From Thermodesulfatator sp. (GTDB taxonomy: Bacteria > Desulfobacterota > Thermodesulfobacteria > Thermodesulfobacteriales > Thermodesulfobacteriaceae), in assembly GCA_027064165.1 (NCBI GenBank), contig JAMOQE010000045.1:8504-72503 (forward strand): a stretch of 64,000 nucleotides of DNA, in the 5' to 3' direction. A model generated the notes under the pieces. It searched no databases. It had not been told where the DNA came from and saw only the letters and a list, made by a program, of their open reading frames with translations. Numbering within the stretch: position 1 is the stretch's first letter; every line of letters begins with the position of its first letter. Positions 59,015 to 64,000 of this stretch are shown here, piece by piece. The translations under genes and the position numbers were made by a program.

Positions 59015-60150
59015 TCTGCAACCTCTTCGTCTATAGAAAATTTTGGCCTTTCAGGTTCAACGAGCTTAAATCTATCCTTAAGTTTTTTGAGAACCTGAGG
59101 CAAGGTGGTGTATTCCATTTCCTCGGGAGGCAATCTGTGAGGCTCAAAGATACCCTGTCTCCTCAGGTGATTTGCCATAATTGCACACTCCTGTCTTGCA
59201 TGATCAAAGGCTGGATCGTCAAAGAGATCAGAAGGCCCGATGAGTTTTCCATCAGTAATCTGATATCCAGCCGCAATTACCCTGGGTGGCCCGTCAAAAC
59301 GGGTTGGTTTTGCCTGTTTAAAAGACACCGGCATAAGAGGCCCTGTATGAGACCCCCTCATCCATCCTTCTACAAGCCACGGTCTGGCAAAGGGCTCCAA
59401 AATCTCTCCTACTGCTGGGAAACCACTCTGCGCCCTTACAATAAGAACAGGATCATCTTTTCCTACATATCTTCCTGCCATAAGCGAAAGCTTCTGAGTA
59501 GAAGCTGCGGCTGCTATTTCTCCATCAGACTTTCTATAAACGCTTCTTACCACATATCTGCTTGTCGCTCCAATAAACACCAGAAGGTCATAAAGTTCTT
59601 CAGGTGTCTGTAAAGTAATGGCTTCCCCACTATACACATCCATTACCTCAAAAGTAAAGCCTTTATGCATGGAAGGATCTATTACAAGACCTGCGGTATT
59701 CATGGGATCAGCAAACATTTCATAAAGAGGAAGATTCCAGGCACTGGGAGAGGTCTTGTCTGCAAAAAAGACTATCACAGGTTCGCTTTTTCTCTCCTCA
59801 AACTCCATTTCAGCTACTCCAGGCCCCATACCCTTCACATTCCCGGAAAAAGCATCCGCAAGAAGATCCTGTCCTGCTCCATACATCTTCAGTTTCTTTG
59901 AAACCTCTGTGCCCTCCTTAAAAGCTGTCCATGCAAGCTCGTGTACCTCAGGAGCATCCACACCTTTGGTGTGAGTCATAACAAGGGCTATGTCATCTCC
60001 ACATACTAAAGTAGAAACGTCTCTAATAATGCCTTTATCCTTACCATCTTCTGCTACTTCTTTTACTTTCTCAAGCACCTCTTTATGAACAGAGGAATGT
60101 CCTACAAACCCACCTATATCAGCTTTGATAACCGATAGGGTTAACTTCAT
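59011..60150 (-). CDS. fbp: bifunctional fructose-1,6-bisphosphate aldolase/phosphatase (class V FBPase)
   Basis: SVIKADIGG..GH, GDD, YGAGQDLL.DAFSGN..GMGPG, YVGKDDP, GWMRGSH.GPL.P, RFDGPP, EMEYTT. Confidence 0.96.
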   Translation of the reverse strand: MKLTLSVIKADIGGFVGHSSVHKEVLEKVKEVAEDGKDKGIIRDVSTLVCGDDIALVMTHTKGVDAPEVHELAWTAFKEGTEVSKKLKMYGAGQDLLADAFSGNVKGMGPGVAEMEFEERKSEPVIVFFADKTSPSAWNLPLYEMFADPMNTAGLVIDPSMHKGFTFEVMDVYSGEAITLQTPEELYDLLVFIGATSRYVVRSVYRKSDGEIAAAASTQKLSLMAGRYVGKDDPVLIVRAQSGFPAVGEILEPFARPWLVEGWMRGSHTGPLMPVSFKQAKPTRFDGPPRVIAAGYQITDGKLIGPSDLFDDPAFDHARQECAIMANHLRRQGIFEPHRLPPEEMEYTTLPQVLKKLKDRFKLVEPERPKFSIDEEVAE

Positions 60151-60244
60151 AAAACACCTCCTTTATAGAGATTTTTAAATTTTCCGAATATAATAAGTAA
60201 TTAAAAAAAATTATATCACAAAACGCAAAAAAAGTAAACTAAAA

Positions 60245-60547
60245 ATGGAAGAGAAAGAAAAAATAGCTGTTGCTTTACGATACGATGTAGATGATACTGC
60301 TCCTAAGGTAGTAGCTAAGGGAAGGGGGAAACTTGCAGAGGTTATATTGGAACTGGCAAGGGAATATGGAATTCCTATTAAGGAAGACTCAAAGCTTGTA
60401 AAAGAGCTCTACAAATTGGAAATAGAAAGTCCTATCCCAGAAGAGCTTTATTACAGTGTAGCGGCGGTTTTGGCCTGGGCATTTAAATTAAATCAAAAAT
60501 TAAAAGAAAAATTTTTGAAAAATCTGAAAACAAAAAAAAGTATCTAA
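60245..60547 (+). CDS. stand-alone FlhB C-terminal-like (EscU/YscU/HrcU switch family) protein
   Basis: AVALRY....AP.VVAKG.G..A..I...A....IP, IPEELY..VA.VLA. Confidence 0.88.
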   Translation: MEEKEKIAVALRYDVDDTAPKVVAKGRGKLAEVILELAREYGIPIKEDSKLVKELYKLEIESPIPEELYYSVAAVLAWAFKLNQKLKEKFLKNLKTKKSI

Positions 60548-60680
60548 AATCTTCCTCTCTTCCATCTTCGCCATTATTTTTTTCAAGAGGTATTAAAAAA
60601 ATTTTTAAAAAATTACTCTTGCTAATTTTAAAAAAATGTATAAAAATCAGGGAAAGATATCTCTGGGCAGGAGGTATTTT

Positions 60681-61112
60681 ATGGTGAAAATTCCGGAGGA
60701 TAGGTTTTATTCAGAACACCATCTTTGGGTAAAAAAGGAAAAGAAAAAATTTGCTCGTATAGGAATCACTGAGTACTTTACCTGGAAAAATACAGAAATT
60801 CTGGACATTGACTTACCCACAGAAGATGAGGAGTTTGAAAAAGGTGAAATTTTTGGCAGTGTGGAAACAGTAGATGAACTTTATGACCTTCCCATGCCTG
60901 TTTCAGGAAAAGTAGTAGCTGTAAATGAAAAGGTGCTAGAAGATGTAGAGATCCTTAATGAAGATCCTTATGAAGAAGGATGGCTTATTAAAGTGGAACT
61001 CTTTGAACCCGAGGAATTGGATGAGCTTCTGCCAGCAGAAGATTATGAAATGAACTTTGTGGATGAACTTGGAGAAGAACTGGATGAGAGCTTTCTGGAG
61101 GAGGAAGAATAA
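60681..61112 (+). CDS. glycine cleavage H-protein-like (GcvH fold) lacking the lipoyl Lys
   Basis: YSE.H.WV, IGIT, PVSG.V..VN, LNEDPY.EGWL; VETVDE in place of the (V/A)ESVKA motif; GGAGG RBS before ATG 60681. Confidence 0.85.
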   Translation: MVKIPEDRFYSEHHLWVKKEKKKFARIGITEYFTWKNTEILDIDLPTEDEEFEKGEIFGSVETVDELYDLPMPVSGKVVAVNEKVLEDVEILNEDPYEEGWLIKVELFEPEELDELLPAEDYEMNFVDELGEELDESFLEEEE

Positions 61113-62062
61113 TGCTGGCTTTGGTCTTCCCTGGCCAGGGATCTCAATATCTTGGGATGGGAAAAGACTTTTTTGAAAACTGCAAGGAAGCAAAGGAACT
61201 TTTTGAGAGAGCTGAAGAAATATCGGGGATTTCTGTCAAAAAACTCTGTTTTGAAGGTCCGCTTTCTGAACTTACTAAAACCGAAAATCTCCAGGTCTGC
61301 CTTACTGTGGTGAACCTTGCCTGCTATCTTGCAGTGAAGAAATTTCTGAAGGAGCTTGGCATTCAGCCTGCCTTTGTAGCCGGACACAGCTTGGGAGAAT
61401 ACAGCGCACTTTTTGCTGCAGGGGTGCTTACCCTTGAAGAAGTGCTTCTTGCCGTTAAAAAAAGAGGAGAACTTATGGGTAAGGCAGGAGGAGATAAACC
61501 CTCTGCCATGTATGCCATTATAGGTTTTGATGAAAAAGAGCTTGAAAAGCTCGTTTCTTCTGCAAAAGGACTCGTGGTAATCTCCAACTACAATTCACCT
61601 GCCCAGCTGGTGATAAGCGGAGAGGTGCCTGCAGTGGATGAAGTAGCAGCACTTGCAAAAGAAAAAGGCGCAAGAAGAGTAGTAAAGTTAAAAGTAAGCG
61701 CTGGATTTCATAGCCCCCTTATGAAAGAGGCTGAAAAGGAGCTTGCCAGTTTGCTTGAAGGATTTAACTGGAAGGACGCAGTCACTCCTTTTGTAAGCAA
61801 TGTTAGCGGAACACCCGAAAAAGAGGCTATAAAAATAAAAGAACTTATGAAAAAACAAATAACTTCCCCTGTAAGATGGATTTCCTGCGTAAAAGAAATG
61901 GAAAAAGCTGGTGTCAAAACTTTTGTAGAACTTGGGCCTAAAAAAGTGCTCACAGGGCTTATAAAACAAATTCTTCCTGAAAAAAATATATCCCTCTATA
62001 ATGTTGAAAATTTAGAGACTTTGCAAAAATTTTCACAAATATTAAAAAATATCCAAAATTAG
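61112..62062 (+). CDS. fabD: malonyl-CoA:ACP transacylase
   Basis: FPGQGSQ, GHSLGEY, N.NSP.Q.VISG, VS..FHS, Q...PVRW, ELGP..VL.GL. Confidence 0.97.
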   Translation: MLALVFPGQGSQYLGMGKDFFENCKEAKELFERAEEISGISVKKLCFEGPLSELTKTENLQVCLTVVNLACYLAVKKFLKELGIQPAFVAGHSLGEYSALFAAGVLTLEEVLLAVKKRGELMGKAGGDKPSAMYAIIGFDEKELEKLVSSAKGLVVISNYNSPAQLVISGEVPAVDEVAALAKEKGARRVVKLKVSAGFHSPLMKEAEKELASLLEGFNWKDAVTPFVSNVSGTPEKEAIKIKELMKKQITSPVRWISCVKEMEKAGVKTFVELGPKKVLTGLIKQILPEKNISLYNVENLETLQKFSQILKNIQN

Positions 62063-62089
62063 CATAAAATTTTGTATTGTTAGTAAACC

Positions 62090-62314
62090 TTGGGGAGGAG
62101 GGAGAAAATTTTTGAAGTAAAAATAAGAGAAGAAAGGTGTAAAAGCTGTGGGCTTTGCGTACATTTCTGTCCTAAAAAGGTTCTTGACTTTTCTGAAAGG
62201 CGTAATGCACAGGGATACAGAGTAGTATATCCCAGGTTCCCCGAAAAGTGTACCTCCTGTGGAATATGTTATTTAGTGTGTCCAGATATAGTTTTTGTAA
62301 AAGAGGGTGAATAA
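62090..62314 (+). CDS. 2x[4Fe-4S] delta subunit of 2-oxoacid:ferredoxin oxidoreductase
   Basis: CKSCGLCVHFCP, N.QGY, CTSCGICYLVCPD; coupled to the alpha subunit. Confidence 0.88.
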   Translation: MGRREKIFEVKIREERCKSCGLCVHFCPKKVLDFSERRNAQGYRVVYPRFPEKCTSCGICYLVCPDIVFVKEGE

Positions 62315-63405
62315 TGACGGCTAAAAAAAGAATACTTGTAAAGGGTGCTGAAGCCATTGCTTTGGGAGCCCTTAAAGCAGATGTGGATTGCTACTTTGGC
62401 TATCCCATTACCCCTCAAAGTGACATTCCAGAACTTATGGCAAGAGAACTTCCTAAGAGGGGAAAGGTTTTTCTTCAAGCAGAAAGTGAGCTTGCAGCAA
62501 TTAACATGGTACTTGGTGCTGCGGCAACGGGTAAAAGGGCTATGACCACCTCCTCAAGTCCCGGGATTTCCCTTATGGGAGAGGCTTTTTCCTATATAGC
62601 AGCCCTTGAGCTTCCTGCAGTGGTGGTCAATGTAATGAGAGGAGGGCCAGGCCTTGGAGGTATAGAAGTTTCTCAGGGAGATTACTTCCAGGCAGTAAAA
62701 GGTGGTGGGCATGGGGATTATCATCTGCTTGTACTTGCCCCCTGCAATGCTCAGGAGCAATATGAGTTTACTGCCAGAGCCTTTGAACTTGCAGAAAAGT
62801 ATAGAAATCCTGTAATGGTGCTTTCTGATGCTATTTTGGCCCAGATGAAAGAACCTCTTGAGTTAAAAAAGTTAAAAATCAAAAGATACTCTGTTGAGGA
62901 ATGGGCACTTACGGGAGCAAAGGGCAGGCCTTCCCGCTTTATAAGAAGCCTTTTTCTTGATGCAGAGGAACTTAAAGAAAAAAATCTTACTCTTCAAAAA
63001 AAATACAAAAAAATGGAAAAAGAAGCCAGGGCAGAGTTTATTATTGAGGGAGGGGAAGAGGTTATAGTAGTTGCCTTTGGGTCTATGGCGCGTCTGGCAA
63101 AAGAGGCCTGTGAAATTTTGAAACAAAAAGGCTATGCCGTGGGCATGATTCGTCCTATTACGCTCTTTCCCTTTCCAAAAAAGGCAATAGAAAAAGTGCT
63201 TGAAGCCTCTGCAGAGAGGCCTCCTGTTTTTATTGTGCCTGAACTCAATTGCGGACAGATGGTAGAGGATGTTAAACTCTGCGTTGAAGGACGGGCAAAA
63301 GTAATCTCTTTGCCCTACCCTCCAAGCGTTATACCCTTTCCTGAAGACTTAGAAAAGGAGATTAAAAAATGCCTGAAAAGTTCTTCCATCCGCCAAAGAG
63401 CTTAA
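62314..63405 (+). CDS. vorB: 2-oxoacid:ferredoxin oxidoreductase alpha subunit (VorB-like)
   Basis: YFGYPITPQ, QAESE.AA, TSSSPG.SL, RGGPGLG, KGGGHGDY, GQMVEDV. Confidence 0.85.
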   Translation: MTAKKRILVKGAEAIALGALKADVDCYFGYPITPQSDIPELMARELPKRGKVFLQAESELAAINMVLGAAATGKRAMTTSSSPGISLMGEAFSYIAALELPAVVVNVMRGGPGLGGIEVSQGDYFQAVKGGGHGDYHLLVLAPCNAQEQYEFTARAFELAEKYRNPVMVLSDAILAQMKEPLELKKLKIKRYSVEEWALTGAKGRPSRFIRSLFLDAEELKEKNLTLQKKYKKMEKEARAEFIIEGGEEVIVVAFGSMARLAKEACEILKQKGYAVGMIRPITLFPFPKKAIEKVLEASAERPPVFIVPELNCGQMVEDVKLCVEGRAKVISLPYPPSVIPFPEDLEKEIKKCLKSSSIRQRA

Positions 63406-64000
63406 AAGATACTCCTTTTCACTATTGCCCTGGTTGTTCACATAGTATAGCACACAGGGTTCTTTGCGAAGTAATAGACGAACTTGGAATTCAGGAAAAG
63501 GCACTTGGAATTGCCTCCATAGGGTGCTCCTGCTTCCTTTATTTTTACATAGATGTGGACATAGTTGAGGCTCCTCATGGCAGGGCCTGTGCTGCTGCAA
63601 CCGGTGCCAAAAGAGCAAATCCAGACATGGTGGTTTTTACCTATCAGGGTGATGGAGACTTCGGAGCCATAGGATGGGGAGAGAGCTTTCACGCAGCCTT
63701 AAGAGGAGAGAAAATTACTGCAATAATGATGAACAATACCCTTTATGGAATGACAGGAGGACAGGCTTCTCCTACTACTATTCCGGAACAAAAAACCACC
63801 ACCACCCCTTTTGGGAAAGATCCTTCTGAGTCTGGTTATCCTTTAAGGGCAGCTGAAATCCTGGCAGGACTTGAGGGAGTGGCTTTTTCTGGAAGATTTG
63901 CCCTTAACAACCCTAAACGGATCCTTGAGACAAAAAAGGCAATAAAAAAGGCCTTTCTTGCCCAGATAAAAGGCCTTGGTTTTGGCTTTGTGGAAATTCT
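63369..64000 (+). CDS. 2-oxoacid:ferredoxin oxidoreductase TPP-binding (beta) subunit, 3'-truncated by window edge
   Basis: Not in the ORF track; reads MPEKFFHPP..FHYCPGCSH..IGCS..HGRA.A.ATG.KR..YQGDGD..NNTLYGMTGGQ.SPTT, open to the window end. Confidence 0.9.
   Translation, partial: MPEKFFHPPKSLKDTPFHYCPGCSHSIAHRVLCEVIDELGIQEKALGIASIGCSCFLYFYIDVDIVEAPHGRACAAATGAKRANPDMVVFTYQGDGDFGAIGWGESFHAALRGEKITAIMMNNTLYGMTGGQASPTTIPEQKTTTTPFGKDPSESGYPLRAAEILAGLEGVAFSGRFALNNPKRILETKKAIKKAFLAQIKGLGFGFVEI

Noticed and set aside
58403..59098. 231-aa plus-strand ORF
   Set aside because: Antisense shadow of the YkgJ-family gene
1..64000. CRISPR arrays, tRNA/rRNA genes, IS transposases
   Set aside because: Intergenic gaps are short and I saw no spaced direct repeats, cloverleaf motifs or DDE/HUH transposase ORFs; a covariance-model scan was not possible

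Overview
64 kb of AT-rich, gene-dense bacterial chromosome with about 60 CDS. I found no rRNA, tRNA or CRISPR array. The gene content (dsrTMKJOP + dsrN-like amidase + ferredoxin, lactate permease, FBP aldolase/phosphatase, 2-oxoacid:ferredoxin oxidoreductase, LPS/Bam/Lol genes, pilMNOPQ) points to a Gram-negative, probably thermophilic, dissimilatory sulfur-compound-metabolising anaerobe. A Thermodesulfobacteriaceae-like organism is an inference, not a database result. Most of the window is housekeeping. The accessory or unusual signals are: (1) an Rpn-like PD-(D/E)XK gene inserted between cbiQ and cbiO, broken by one in-frame TAG at an expected Trp but keeping a strong internal RBS/ATG for a small C-terminal product; (2) a GcvH-fold protein whose lipoyl-lysine is replaced by Asp, coupled to fabD; (3) an exported 485-aa protein built from about 20 'hWPF(Y/F)'-type repeats, divergent from pilMNOPQ; (4) a DUF429/RNase-H-like orphan after pyrG; (5) a compositionally mosaic AAA-ATPase/PD-(D/E)XK gene at the left edge; (6) several apparently leaderless promoters. 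All product calls come from motif recognition by eye; no searches were run.
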